A stretch of 64,000 nt of DNA, taken from contig CBDBKM010000011.1 of assembly GCA_965206695.1 (NCBI GenBank), positions 160,001-224,000 on the forward strand, given 5' to 3'. The position numbers were made by a program, and so were the translations under genes. Below the pieces are notes generated by a model. That model was not told the origin of the DNA, did not search any database, and saw only the letters and a list, made by a program, of their open reading frames with translations. The DNA comes from Chlamydiales bacterium (GTDB lineage: Bacteria > Chlamydiota > Chlamydiia > Chlamydiales > JAAZZY01). Below are positions 40,820 through 53,090 of this stretch, piece by piece (the stretch's first letter is position 1; the number at the start of each line of letters is the position of its first letter).

Positions 40820-41572
40820 TTATATCGTCATTCCGCCATCAAGAATAATTACTTGACCTGTTATATAATTAGACTGTTTGCCGGCTAAAAATTCAGCTGT
40901 ATAAGCAACTTCTTCCGGCAACCCCATTCGGCCCAATGGAATACCGTTAAGTATTTGACTTCTTAGTTTATCGGTTAACCCTTCTGTCATATTCGTGTCA
41001 ATAAAACCCGGTGCTATACAATTGACACATACATTGCGACTTGCTAATTCTTTGGCCAGGGATTTTGTGAACCCTATCATGCCTGATTTAGAAGCTGCAT
41101 AATTAACCTGTCCTGCATTTCCGGTTAGGCCAATGACTGAACTAATATTAATAATCTTTCCTTTTCTTGCCTTTATCAGGTGTCGAATAATTGATTTACA
41201 TGTGTTATAAACCGATTTTAAATTCACTGCAAGCACTCGATCCCAATCATCTTCCGGCATTTTCATTAATAGATTATCACGTACTATACCTGCATTATTT
41301 ATCAGTATATCAATCTCACCAAAGTGTTCAATAACTGTTTGAATGGCGTTTTGAACTTCTTGCATATTCGATACGTCTACTTGAAAAAAAATAACAGAAT
41401 CTGATCCGGAAGATTGTTTTATCTCTTCAAGAGCGCTTGTACCTCTTTCTAAATTAGAACCGAATAAAGTAACTCTAGCTCCTTTTACGGCAAACCTCTG
41501 TGCTATCGCTTTACCGATTCCTGAAGTACCTCCTGTTACAATAACAGATTTATCTTTCAAATCATTTTCCAT
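40820..41572 (-). CDS. fabG: 3-oxoacyl-ACP reductase
   Basis: TGGTSGIG, NNAGI, YAASK; fab cluster context. Confidence 0.96.
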   Translation of the reverse strand: MENDLKDKSVIVTGGTSGIGKAIAQRFAVKGARVTLFGSNLERGTSALEEIKQSSGSDSVIFFQVDVSNMQEVQNAIQTVIEHFGEIDILINNAGIVRDNLLMKMPEDDWDRVLAVNLKSVYNTCKSIIRHLIKARKGKIINISSVIGLTGNAGQVNYAASKSGMIGFTKSLAKELASRNVCVNCIAPGFIDTNMTEGLTDKLRSQILNGIPLGRMGLPEEVAYTAEFLAGKQSNYITGQVIILDGGMTI

Positions 41573-41595
41573 CTTTATATCTCTTTAAATATAAC

Positions 41596-42561
41596 TTAAA
41601 CTTCAACCATCTTTATTTCATTAGATAGTGTTTCTAAATTTTTCACTTTGTCAATACTTAAAGTCGGAACAGCTACGCCAATTCGCTTATTTAAGCCGGC
41701 TAAAACTGTACCACATCCTATTTCAATAAACAATCGGATATCCATGTCAAGCATGCTTCGAACACAACCTTCCCATTTAACCGTGTGTGTTACCTGTTTT
41801 ATCAGATTCTTGCGTATCATTTCTTTTTCAGTAGCCACTTGCCCTGTTACATTCATGACAATCGGTGTAAAATCATCATTAAGAGTTGTTTGCATAACCT
41901 TATTTTCTAACTGTTTTTCTGCTTTAGCCATTAAGGAACTATGAAATGCCCCACTTACATTTAAAGGTAATACGCGTTTTGCTCCAAAATCCTTTGCCGC
42001 TTTTATGCCGGATTCTACACCTGTCCTTGTACCGGAAATGACAACCTGACCCGGACAGTTTAAATTAGCTACCCAAAGATCAGAAGGCAGATTCATTTCT
42101 TCAACCATTTCAAGAACCTTTTTACTATTCAAACCTAATATGACAGCCATCGTTCCATCTGTTTGCTCACAAGCTTCCTGAATACATACACCCCTATGCC
42201 GGACCAAAGTAACACCATCAGAAAAATTCAAAATTCCTGCTGCTGTAGCAGCGCTATATTCTCCTAAGCTTAAACCGGAACAAACATACGGAAATAAATC
42301 CGGAAATTGACTCTCTATGACCTTTAAAATAGCTATACTATTTACATATAAAGCAATTTGGCAGTTTTTTGTGTTGGTCAACTCTTCAATGTTGCCATTG
42401 AAAATAAGACGTGTTAAATGAAAGTTTAATAGGTCATCTGCTTCATCAAATATTTGCTTAGCTATAGGAAAGGTGGCGTAAAAGTCTTTTCCCATACCTA
42501 TATAATGAGATTCCCCTTGACCCGGGAAAATAAAAGCAATTCTTCTATTTTCAGTCATCAT
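41596..42561 (-). CDS. fabD: Malonyl-CoA:ACP transacylase
   Basis: FPGQG, GLSLGEY, ANLNCPGQVV, SGAFHS. Confidence 0.96.
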   Translation of the reverse strand: MMTENRRIAFIFPGQGESHYIGMGKDFYATFPIAKQIFDEADDLLNFHLTRLIFNGNIEELTNTKNCQIALYVNSIAILKVIESQFPDLFPYVCSGLSLGEYSAATAAGILNFSDGVTLVRHRGVCIQEACEQTDGTMAVILGLNSKKVLEMVEEMNLPSDLWVANLNCPGQVVISGTRTGVESGIKAAKDFGAKRVLPLNVSGAFHSSLMAKAEKQLENKVMQTTLNDDFTPIVMNVTGQVATEKEMIRKNLIKQVTHTVKWEGCVRSMLDMDIRLFIEIGCGTVLAGLNKRIGVAVPTLSIDKVKNLETLSNEIKMVEV

Positions 42562-42578
42562 ATACCTTATTTTTTTCG

Positions 42579-43571
42579 TTAATTTTGCTTAAGAAGGGAA
42601 GCACCCCATGTTAAACCTGAGCCAAAAGCGACTAATAAAATATTATCACCTTTTTTGACTCTATTTTCCGATATCAATTCATCAAGAGCAATAGCAACCC
42701 CTGAAGCAGAAGTGTTCCCATATTTTTGAAGTGTTCTAAAAACTTTTTCTAGAGGAACATTAAAACGCTTAGCAATCGCCATGATAATTCGTATATTTGC
42801 TTGATGGGGAACTAACCAATCTATACTGTCTTGGTTAATTTTAGCCCTAACCATACACTCTTGCGCAGCCATCTCCATTAATCGAACCGCTCGTTTAAAA
42901 ACTTCTCTTCCTTGCATTTTCAAATAATGCTGTTTACTCTGTACAGATTCTATAGTAGAAGGAATACGAGATCCTCCACCCGGTAGCATTAAAAGCTCCG
43001 CTTGCTCGCCATCCGCTCCTAAACATACATCTAATAATTCCAGCCCTTCACCTAAATGACTAACCAAAGCGGCAGAAGCGCCATCCCCAAAAAGCACACA
43101 AGTATTTCTATCCTCAAAGTCTACAACAGAAGACAGTTTCTCTGAGGCTACAATTAAGATATTGTTATAAGCTCCTGATTCAATATATGCCTTAGCAATA
43201 GATAAGCCGTATAAATAACCCGTACAAGCAGCTTGTAAATCAAAAGCAGCTGCATTTTTTGCTCCAATAAGGCGCTGTACTAAAGCTGCTGAACTGGGGA
43301 AAAGATAATCGGGTGTACATGTGGGAACAATAATTAAATCAACTTCTTCCGGTTTAACATTGGCTTTTTCTAAGGCTCTTTTGGCCGCGATTGCACCCAT
43401 ATCAGAAGTACATTCATCTTTTTCTGCTATGCGTCTTTCTTTTATACCGGTTCGTGTTACAATCCAATCATCGGAAGTATCAACCATTTGTTCTAAATCT
43501 GCATTCGTTAAAGCGCGCGAAGGTAGATAAGACCCCGAACCAATAATTTTGGCTGATAATTTTGCTAACAT
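42579..43571 (-). CDS. fabH: Beta-ketoacyl-ACP synthase III
   Basis: AACTG, FGDGA, PHQANIRI, GNTSA. Confidence 0.96.
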   Translation of the reverse strand: MLAKLSAKIIGSGSYLPSRALTNADLEQMVDTSDDWIVTRTGIKERRIAEKDECTSDMGAIAAKRALEKANVKPEEVDLIIVPTCTPDYLFPSSAALVQRLIGAKNAAAFDLQAACTGYLYGLSIAKAYIESGAYNNILIVASEKLSSVVDFEDRNTCVLFGDGASAALVSHLGEGLELLDVCLGADGEQAELLMLPGGGSRIPSTIESVQSKQHYLKMQGREVFKRAVRLMEMAAQECMVRAKINQDSIDWLVPHQANIRIIMAIAKRFNVPLEKVFRTLQKYGNTSASGVAIALDELISENRVKKGDNILLVAFGSGLTWGASLLKQN

Positions 43572-43874
43572 AATTTCCTCTAAAATAAATCCACATTATC
43601 TCTTAATTGCGTAGTAATTATAGCTTAGGTGCTCATAAAATAAAAGAACTATATCTATCGGTATTCAATGATATTTCATAAAGCTGTTATCTAATGAATC
43701 TTTTTCCGGAATAGTTCTATTAAAGCAATAATACTATATATAATGATATGTAAACTCCTTGAAAAAATGCTACCATACTGTTATTATATCTATTCTTTTC
43801 TAAAAAACTCATTTTACAAGTATTGACTAAGCAAACTTTTTCAAAATTGTTATAATATAAGGAACTCGCGAAGG

Positions 43875-46800
43875 ATGAAGAAGCAAAAACCCTGGCACAT
43901 CGCAATCATTATAGTAGTAGCTGTTTTAACCCTATACAATATATTACCTACTATTTTTTATTACAGCAAACCGCTCTCAGCTCCGGTTGGCTCAAAGGAA
44001 GCACACCAAATTTCCACAAGTATGTTAAAAAGAGTCAATAGTTTAGAACAGGAATCTGAGGCTTGGCTTAGTTCATTTGCTCGTAACCTAAAAATCAAAC
44101 CCAAATCCATTCAACCTGTTGAAGGAAGCCCCCAACTTATCGAGGTTTCTCTTAAAAATGAGGATGATGCTGATACATTCAAAAAGTATCTTCCTATAGC
44201 AGGCTCACTTATTTCCTTTGTTCCTGCTCAATTATCCTTATCTCCACAAACATCTGATATGGATCCGTCTTCAGTATTGGTAGAGCGCCATATTGGTTTG
44301 CATTTTAATCCGGATAATGTAAACAAACTTCTTAAATTCACACCTAAAAAAGAACACGATATGATTTCGCCTCTATATCGCAACCTTATTTATGACCGCC
44401 TTGCAGAAATCGCCTTAGCTTTAGGTGGAAGGAGCCCACAAGGAACAGCCGTAGCGGCCATAGTAGACAGTACAAACCCTACTTTAGCAGATCAAGAGGT
44501 TCTAGCTCTTGCTAATGAAATTGTTGAATTCGAAAAAAGTTTCGGAAGTAAAAACCCGATAACCCACAGGTTTTATGCTACTTTCACTCAAGCTGACCAA
44601 AGAAAAGGCCATGCAGCTAACGTGATATCTGCATTGCTGTCTCAGATGGAGAGAACAACAAGTCATTTTAATAATGAAATTGGTGAAATATTAGAAAAAG
44701 AAAATTCATTAAAACAGCAGGGTAAATATTTACAAACCGATCAACAATATTCACTACAAGCACTCAAGCACCACAAAGATGTTATTGAATCGGCGAAGCT
44801 TATCGTCAAGCACAATCAGAATCATTTTGAAGCCGGATTAACCCCTCTACATAGAATCACAGTTTTAGATCTATTAAAAACACAAGCAAGTGAATCAACT
44901 TCTAATTCTCAAGAAATCGTGATAGGAAACCATAACCCGTTCATTAATTCTATTTCTATTGATTGGGAAAATGAAACCTTAAAACTTCATTTACATGATG
45001 ATGTTTCTGAAATGTTACACCCTTCTGAAAAATCTGAACATAGTGCTTTATTAAAAGAAAAGGATAGTGCTTTATTAAAAGAAAAGGTCAATCAATTACT
45101 CATTAACCGGATTGCGTACGTTGCTCAAAAAACTAATGAAAAAATTACTCCAAAGAGCACTTTTTATTCAATCAACCTTAATAAATTGACTAATAGCCGG
45201 AGTCTTCTTATTTTTGACCTTGCTATTATTGCTAAAAATGAGTCTCAACGCATCCATAATAAGATTCTCAATAACTGGAACCCTGAATTGACTGATTTTT
45301 CAGCAAATAACTTTCCTGTTTGGGACCTTGATACCTATAATCAGCTTCCAACTTACAAAAAGAAACTTGGCCTCGTTGTATATAGTCCTATTTTCGGCTC
45401 AGAGGCTCCTTCTCAAGGTTTCAGGACAAGCTCTATTTATGTTGTAGCTAAAGGTCTAGCGCCTATCTTAAAAAAATATAGTGAATATCCTGATAGCGAA
45501 GAAAGTAAACTCTTTCAAGAAGACTTTGATCGATTAAGAAATCTATTGCAACAAGAAGGCTTCCAACTGGGCTATATGGCCGCATCCTATGGAACAGACC
45601 CTGAATATCACCAAGATTATATTTTTGAATATCCGGATTATTATGGAGATATTTTAGCTGCGACCAGAGAAGATTTTTCTTTATATGGTAACAAACGTTT
45701 CGCCGTTTTAGAGTTCACAGATATTGAACAACGCATCTTAGTTGAAAATAAAATTGCAGACCAAATCCAAGGAGAATTGCTGAAGTGGAGAGATAATTAT
45801 CAAGCAGCTCAAGTAGATCTGGATTTAGCTGCTAAGTACAATGTACCCCCTCCAACAAAAAACATTTTTTTTAGCAATCTGGCTATCAGTTTGAATAAAT
45901 ATTTTAGAGGAGACAATCGAAAAATTATTAAATGGGGTTTAGATTTATCCGGTGGAAAAACAGTACGTATTGGATTACGTGATCAGAATAATCGCCCGGT
46001 TACAGATAAAGCTGACCTTACAGAAGGAGTTAATGAATTAACCAGAAGAGTTAATAAAATGGGCCTTTCTGAAGTCTCCTCTCGAATTGAAGGTAATTCT
46101 CTTGTTTTAGATTTTCCTGCATCTCAAGGAATTTCTGCCGGCGAATTGATCAAAGCCTCTTCCATGTATTTTCATGTTGTGAACGAACAATTTACAAATA
46201 GTAATCCCGTTTTAGCTAAAACAATTGACCGATTTCTACAAGATATTTGGAATGAAGCAGTAGTCACCAATCGACGTGATGTTAATAATCTCAATCTGAT
46301 TGCTTGGCAGCATTTAGGTGGATCAGACGATGGCCTGGCCATACAACCACGTACTGAACATGCAAAAATTCTTTACAACAGCGGTTTAAGACTCTCTCAT
46401 CCCGATCACAAGCAAAAATCCGGGGTGTTAAATGATACTCTTTCAGCTATCTCAGTATTCCAAGGAGATGATTTAGCCGCTTGGCAAGGACAGTCGACTC
46501 CTCTGTTAATTGTATTTGACAATTATGCTTTAGAAGGATCGGAACTTGATAATATTCGAACCGGATATGATCCTACCAAAGGAAATATACTTTCATTTTC
46601 TGTTAAAGGTTCCTATTCAAAAAAAAATGAAGAGAAAATTAATCCGCGTGAATTGCTTTACGCATGGACTTCTCAATTCTCTCAAGAAAAAGTAATCGGT
46701 ACATCATTAGAAGCATTTTCTAAAGGAAGAGGTTGGCGCATGGCTGTTATATTGAATGATCGAATCATTAATAGCCCTGTCCTTTCCTCCCCTCTTAGAG

Positions 46801-48480
46801 ATCATGTTCAAGTGAGTGGAGGATTTACTCAGACAGAAGTAAACAAACTTTCAGCTGATTTAAAAGCGGGATCCTTAAGCTTTACACCTCAGATTTTATC
46901 TGAAGAAAATGTAAGCCCTGAATTAGGCCATAAAGAACGAGAACAAGGTATTACCGCAACTATAGTTGCTCTTTGCCTTGTTGTCCTTGTGATGGTTATT
47001 TATTACCGTTTTGGTGGTTTTATTGCTTCAATAGCTGTCATTTTCAATCTACTTATTATTTGGGCTACTTTACAAAACTTACAAGCAACCTTAAGTTTGG
47101 CCGGAATAGCCGGTATTATCCTTACGTTAGGTATGGCCGTTGATGCGAATGTCCTCGTTTTTGAACGTATTCGAGAAGAATTTATGGTTTCTAAACGCAT
47201 TACATCTGCTGTCAAAGCCGGTTACCGAAAAGCTTTCAGTGCTATTTTAGATTCCAATATAACCACAATAATTGCCGCTTTAATTCTTTTAAATTTTGAC
47301 TCCGGCCCTATTAAAGGATTTGCGATCACTTTAATTGTTGGTATTATTTCTTCCCATGTTTACAGCTTTATTCATGACACGAACTTTCTTCATGAGATGG
47401 GTTCAAAAATCTGATCATAAAGAATTGAAAATGTTAAATTTTATAAAATCATTAAAATTTAACTTTCTTGGAAAAACTAAAATTGCTTATGTCATTTCTT
47501 TAGGTATAATCATACTTGGATGTGTTTTTATAAGTACGCAAAAAAATTCTATCCTTGGTATGGATTTTACAGGTGGTTATTCATTTACTTTAAATCTTAA
47601 AGGAGATGATAATTCAGATTTTCGCAAAAAAGTTAGTGAAGCTTTTATTGCTAATGGCGCTCAATCGGGTGACTTTGAAATTCGAGAACTTAATCGTGAT
47701 AATCACCTTCGCATACAATTGGGTATGTCAATGGAAGAAAAAGGGCACCCTTTTTATCAATTATCCTATGAACTTGATTCTGTCCAAAAGGAATACGCAT
47801 GGCAAAACAACCCTCGTATCCTGTGGGTTGTTAATGCCATAAATGATTCTAATTTAACAATCACACCAACAAGTCTTGCTGGCCTTGATACCAACTGGGT
47901 GGAAATGAGCGGACAACTTTCTAAGACAATGCGTAATAATGCTCTCATTGGATTGACATTGGCTCTGTTTTTCATTCTTATTTATATAACTTTTAGATTC
48001 GAACTCAAATACGCTATTAGTGCTATAATATGTATATTACATGATGTGTTAATAACCGTAGGAGCAATAGCTATTCTTCATCAGGCGGGAGTGGCAATTC
48101 AGATCAATTTACAAGTAATTGCAGCCATTATGACAATAATAGGCTATTCGCTCAATGATACCATTATTATTTTTGATCGAATCAGAGAAGAGAACCGGAT
48201 CATGCGTAAATCCGGTTATAGTGAAGTCATTAATCATGCATTGCGAGTGACTTTAAATAGAACGTTAATGACATCTTTTACTACTTTAGTGGTTCTTTTA
48301 ACTCTTGTATTTTTAGGAGGGAACAAAGTATTTGATTTTTCATTAGTTATGACAATAGGAGTAGTTTTTGGAACTCTATCCTCTCTTTTTATAGCTCCTC
48401 CAATACTTATGTTTTTTCATAAAAAAGAGAAATCGAAAGAAGCCAAAACTTTCCCGATTAAGAAAAATTCTTTTTCTTAA
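43875..48480 (+). CDS. secDF: Fused protein translocase SecDF; appears as two ORFs because of a +1 frameshift near 47352
   Basis: GLDLSGG, GMAVDANVLVFERIREE, GPIKGFA; second part has GMDFTGG and GYSLNDTIIIFDRIRE. Deleting one C of TTCCC restores IISSMFTALFMTR. Confidence 0.9.
45041..45088 (+). repeat. 24-bp in-frame tandem duplication in secD (SALLKEK x2)
   Basis: ATAGTGCTTTATTAAAAGAAAAGG repeated twice. Confidence 0.9.
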
Positions 48481-48787
48481 TTTCATAAAATTTCTTTATG
48501 GATGTATTTATTTGAATGAAAACTACTTATGAATACATCCATTTTTTTTCTTAGAAATTTATTAATCCAAGTTGCAGTACATTCCGGAAACCGGTAAATG
48601 ATTATGTACAATAGTGACTTATTTGCTTTTGCTACATATAAACTATTTTGGTTGACCAAATGATTGTCTATAGACTTCCCGGAAAACACTATATGTTGAT
48701 TGTTATCAGTTATCAATACCCCGGAAACTAGTCTTCGAAGCCTAGGGATAATTTTTTGGATAATTAAAAAGAGAGAGTTTCTTTTAT

Positions 48788-50527
48788 ATGGCTTATAGTC
48801 AAATGGGAGAGGGTTATTTATGGGTCTACCCTACAATCAATGAGCAGTTTTTTGAGACACTCGTAAAGGAATACAAAGTTCATCCTATAACCTCGCAAAT
48901 ATTAATCAATAGAGGATACAACAATTGGGGTGACATACAAAAGTTTCTATATGCAAAACTACCCGATTTGTTAGATCCTTATCTTTTTATGGATATGGAT
49001 CATGCCGTTGATCGGGTTTGTAAAGCGATTGATGAAAATCAGAATATTCTTATTTATGGGGATAATGACGTTGATGGGATGACAGGAACGTCATTATTAA
49101 CAGATTTTTTGAAATCTTTAGGTGCCCATGTCTTTTTCTATGTCCCAAACCGTAACATGCTCAAACAAAGTGTCATTTTAGATGCTATGAACTATGCATT
49201 AATTAATAACTGTAAATTATTGATCACAGTTGATTGTAGCATAACAGCTACTGATGACATCGAGGAAATGGTAAAAGATAAAGTCGATATTATTATTACA
49301 GATCATCATGAACCTACCTTAAAACTACCACATTGTATAGCAACACTAAATCCTAAAATAGTCAATAGCACCTATCCAAACCGAGAGATAACAGGAGTAG
49401 GAGTTGCATTTAAGCTAGCTCATGGTATCACGAATCATCGCATAGCTACCAAACAATTAGATCCTAAGGAAATCAATTTAAAACGATATTTAGACCTGGT
49501 AGCTCTTGGAACAATTGCTGATATGGGAGCTTTATTTGGAGAGAACCGTATATTTGTACGATATGGCCTTGAGCAATTACGAGACACAAAAAGAATAGGA
49601 TTAAAAAAATTATTTTCTATTTGTGAAATTAATCCACACACTATTTCTTCAACTGATATTGCTTCTAAAGTAGCCCCAAGGTTGAATAGCCTAGGTCGAA
49701 TAGCTGACCCTAGAAGAGGAGTTGAATTCCTTTTAATAGAAGATGAAGTTACCGCTGAAGTGATGGCAAAAGAACTCGATTTGAATAATATTGAAAGACA
49801 AAAAATAGAGAAGGTCATGTCCGAAGAAATTGACGAGTATATTTCAAAAAATTCTGCGTTATTAGAAAATAAAGCAATTGTCTTATATTCTAGTGATTGG
49901 CATCCCGGTATTATCCCCATTATTACAGCAAGAATTGCTAAACTATATTCTAGACCTACCGTTTTAATTGCAATAGATGATGGAATAGGTAAGGCCTCGA
50001 TGCGGACTATTCCGGAATTTCCGTTACTTCCATTTCTAAAAAAGCATGCGGAGCTTTATATCAATTTTGGTGGACACAATGCCGCTGCAGGGCTAACTAT
50101 TAAAGAAGAATTCATTGAAACCTTCAAAGAGCGTTTCATCTCTTTTGCAAATCAGAATCTACATATTCAAGATGTACAACCCAAACTCTTTTTAGACGCA
50201 CCGGCAAATTTTTCTGATCTTACATTTGATTTAATGGAAACCCTTGGACTTTTAGAACCTTATGGTAATGAAAACCCCGCGCCTATTCTATATTGCGACA
50301 CACAACAAGCTTGGCCTCCAAAGGTCATAAATAACATGCACCTTAAATTATTTTTGGAACAAGGGGATCGTTTTTTAGAGGGTATCGCTGTTAATATGGC
50401 GAATCGAAGACATCCATTATATCAAAAGGGCTTAAAGCTTAGAATTGCCTTTACCCCCCAAGTAAGTTATTATCAAAGTAAGGCAAGTATACAACTAATT
50501 ATTAAAGATTTTCAAATCCTTGAATAA
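48788..50527 (+). CDS. recJ: ssDNA exonuclease RecJ
   Basis: YGDNDVDG, TDHH, ALGTIAD, PRLNSLGR, GGHNAAAG, EPYGNENP. Confidence 0.95.
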   Translation: MAYSQMGEGYLWVYPTINEQFFETLVKEYKVHPITSQILINRGYNNWGDIQKFLYAKLPDLLDPYLFMDMDHAVDRVCKAIDENQNILIYGDNDVDGMTGTSLLTDFLKSLGAHVFFYVPNRNMLKQSVILDAMNYALINNCKLLITVDCSITATDDIEEMVKDKVDIIITDHHEPTLKLPHCIATLNPKIVNSTYPNREITGVGVAFKLAHGITNHRIATKQLDPKEINLKRYLDLVALGTIADMGALFGENRIFVRYGLEQLRDTKRIGLKKLFSICEINPHTISSTDIASKVAPRLNSLGRIADPRRGVEFLLIEDEVTAEVMAKELDLNNIERQKIEKVMSEEIDEYISKNSALLENKAIVLYSSDWHPGIIPIITARIAKLYSRPTVLIAIDDGIGKASMRTIPEFPLLPFLKKHAELYINFGGHNAAAGLTIKEEFIETFKERFISFANQNLHIQDVQPKLFLDAPANFSDLTFDLMETLGLLEPYGNENPAPILYCDTQQAWPPKVINNMHLKLFLEQGDRFLEGIAVNMANRRHPLYQKGLKLRIAFTPQVSYYQSKASIQLIIKDFQILE

Positions 50528-51025
50528 GAGTAGTGCAGACGTCCAAAGAAAAAAACCCTTATTCTTTTAACTCTTTTTCTTATTTTCTTAGACCAACTTG
50601 CAATTGCTCTCTATCGACCTTCTATGCCTAATATGGCAATCCGTTTAGGCTTTAGCAGGAGTTTCGGAGCTTAGGCTAATTTATAAAATTAATTTTTAGA
50701 AATGGTATAAGTACATGAAAGCGTTTAATTGTGATGCTTATTTCATCGGCCGGCCCTGAAGGCAAAGAGCCGGCCTACTTGCTTTTACAAAGAGATACTT
50801 TGCTCGATTATAGAAATTCTAGAGATTCATTCACCTATTTCTTTAATTAAAATTTTAAGTGACCCATTTGATTATAAAACGCATTGTTTTACCCTGATTA
50901 GTTCTATAAATTTGTGATTCATTTAATTTGTTTTGTTTTTAATTGCTTATTATTAATAAAGACGGTATCATTTAAAACAATATATATTTTAATTGTTTAG
51001 TTATTTAAAGTGAGGTAAAATTAAA

Positions 51026-51983
51026 ATGAGTTTTTTAAATGCGCCCATACATAAAAATTATGCTAATGAGTTAGTGTTTATAAATGCACAGATCAATAGA
51101 ACAGAGAGAGAATGTGTTAATTCATCACAAAACCATGGACAATTACGTCAACTTGAACGAACCGTAAAGAGTGTTGTGGAACACTTATTTAGCTTGTCAA
51201 GTGATCCCGGTTTTTTCTCGTTACCGGGATAATAGATGTATTTTAGCTGTTCTTTTTTCTTCCACACCGTCTTTTGAGAAAATAGTTCATAAAGCAACCG
51301 CTCTTCAGCAACATATATTTCAAATTAGAAATCGAGTAGATAAAAATTATGTTTTATTTCAAATGGATTCTCAGAATTACAACTTACAAATACTTGATAG
51401 AACGTGTGATTTAATTCAGACAAGTGAGAAGTCCGATACGGATAAAGCTCGGCAATTCGACGCAACTGAAAAGAGTCTATTATCCGTAATGCAAAGGTTA
51501 GGAGAGTTAGAAGGTACTATTAATAGCCAAGAAATCTATTTAGATAAACCCCGGCGAGCAAGACTGGAGGCGACACACCTGATGCTAGGGCAAGTTAAAG
51601 CAAAGCTTAATGAAAAGGTAAAGCAGCATGAGCTTTTAGTTAAATGTAAGAGCTTACACACGCTAGCCGATGAAGTTCAAAATCTAAGAGCCAATATAGA
51701 AGATTTATCAAAACTATTAAATCCTCCTGTTCGAACAAAGCTTTCGATTGAAAGGGTAGAGCAGATGTATGAGAATGCGCTTAATCTTCTTCAGTTCTAT
51801 AGGAAAAAGTTAGAAGGCCTATCAGTAACAAATCAAGATAAAGCTCAACCCTCATCTATGGTTGATAATATTCGAAACAGCTTAACTGAAGTGGCTGTTA
51901 GACTTCCTCAAGTTAGGAATCAAATTAAAAATCCTACTCCAAATATCGATTTCTACGATCTTAAGAAAAAATATTACGAGTAA
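51026..51983 (+). pseudogene. Coiled-coil hypothetical protein, frameshifted near 51210-51230
   Basis: Two overlapping ORFs in different frames (51026..51232, 51171..51983); RBS GAGG before 51026. Confidence 0.55.
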
Positions 51984-51989
51984 ATTCGG

Positions 51990-52020
51990 AAAAAAGTGTC
52001 CTAATTAAGGACTTTTCTTT
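51990..52020 (+). terminator. Putative intrinsic terminator
   Basis: AAAAGtGTCCT-AATTA-AGGACTTTTCTTT just after the stop at 51983. Confidence 0.5.
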
Positions 52021-52046
52021 CTGTATTCTTACCAATTAAATAAAAT

Positions 52047-52175
52047 AGGAGTTTTGCGCTACAGAAGTGCGTTATTTAAATAATTTTTTAAATCAGGGTA
52101 TAATTTTTCTCTTTTGTTAGGGGGAAATGCTGTGATATAAATGCGCAAAGCAATGATATAGCACCTTCATTCAAT
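52047..52175 (+). mobile_element. Degenerate left end of an IS701-like element
   Basis: AGGAGTTTTGCG end; ATAAATGCGCAAAG...TATAGC...TTCATTCAA aligns with the transposase start of the 23302..29237 element. Confidence 0.6.
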
Positions 52176-52203
52176 CAAAATGAAAACCTTTACCGATAGT
52201 AAA

Positions 52204-52819
52204 AGACCTCTCCATAACTGACTTGATACTATTTTTTCAAACTCACTGATTGTCTAAACTTATTTTTCATTTATTTTGATAAATTTTATAATAAGCAGTT
52301 TTTTTATTATGGGTGCAAATACAGAAAAGATGGTACACTACCGATTATCAGGTTCGACCGTTTTTTTCGAGCGTGCTGCTGAAGTGACTATAGTTGCATC
52401 AACAAGAGCCCCTTCAGCTTCTTTAACTTTAATCCCATGAGTTTCTAGTTGCCGGTTAATTTCGCGAAATAAGCGCTCATGAAGCCCTTTATGAATGATG
52501 CTATCCCTAAAAAGCGGCATACAGTCCAAACGGACTCTTAAGGCTTCTAAAGCAGGATCGCTTAAGCTGTACCAAATTGGACTTAAACATGGCAGTCACC
52601 TTGAGGGTTAATTGCATGTTTATGGATGCCTTTTAGATCGACCGGGTTGCCAATCAATGAACGGATTCAATTGTTGCAAACGATTCTTGGCACCTATGCG
52701 ATACTTTGCACCCATAATAAAAAGACGGCTCATCATTCAACCCAATACATGAAAGAAACGTATAGACAATCAATGCATTTTTAAAAAATTATTATCAGGA
52801 ATCAGTTATGCAGAAGTCT
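52204..52819 (-). mobile_element. Internally deleted, decayed IS5-family element
   Basis: IRs AGACCTCTCCATAAC / GTTATGCAGAAGTCT; fragment LFREINRQLETHGIKVKEAEGALVDATIV is homologous to 27457..27910. Confidence 0.75.
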
Positions 52820-52828
52820 TATTATACA

Positions 52829-52882
52829 TGATCTAAACAACTGAAGAGCCTCATTGATCTAAACAACTGAAGAGCCTCATTG
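52829..52882. repeat. 26-bp perfect tandem duplication
   Basis: TGATCTAAACAACTGAAGAGCCTCAT x2. Confidence 0.9.
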
Positions 52883-52899
52883 CCCTTCTAAGGTCAGAG

Positions 52900-52935
52900 A
52901 AAAAGAATAAGAGGTTCTTTTTCAAGAAACCTCTC
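52900..52935 (-). terminator. Putative intrinsic terminator downstream of euo
   Basis: Minus-strand hairpin AGAGGTTTCTT-GAAA-AAGAACCTCT followed by TATTCTTTTT. Confidence 0.5.
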
Positions 52936-53090
52936 ATCATAATAAAACATTTAATATATGGAAAAATAAAGAAATCCCTTGTCGTAAATCACTTAATCCT
53001 TAAGTTTTTTACAAAGAGAGAATTAAATTATGAACTGGATTTTTTGAACTTTTATCATCTTTTTAAATAATCAGACTCTATATCCGTATC

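Noticed and set aside
50530..50830. Possible IS remnants (AGGAGTTTCG at about 50657) and GC-rich hairpin GGCCGGCC...GCCGGCC
   Set aside because: Only a partial IR match and no convincing transposase translation or RNA family; too weak to call.
52829..52882. 26-bp repeat as a possible CRISPR array
   Set aside because: Only two directly adjacent units, no spacer and no cas genes in the window.
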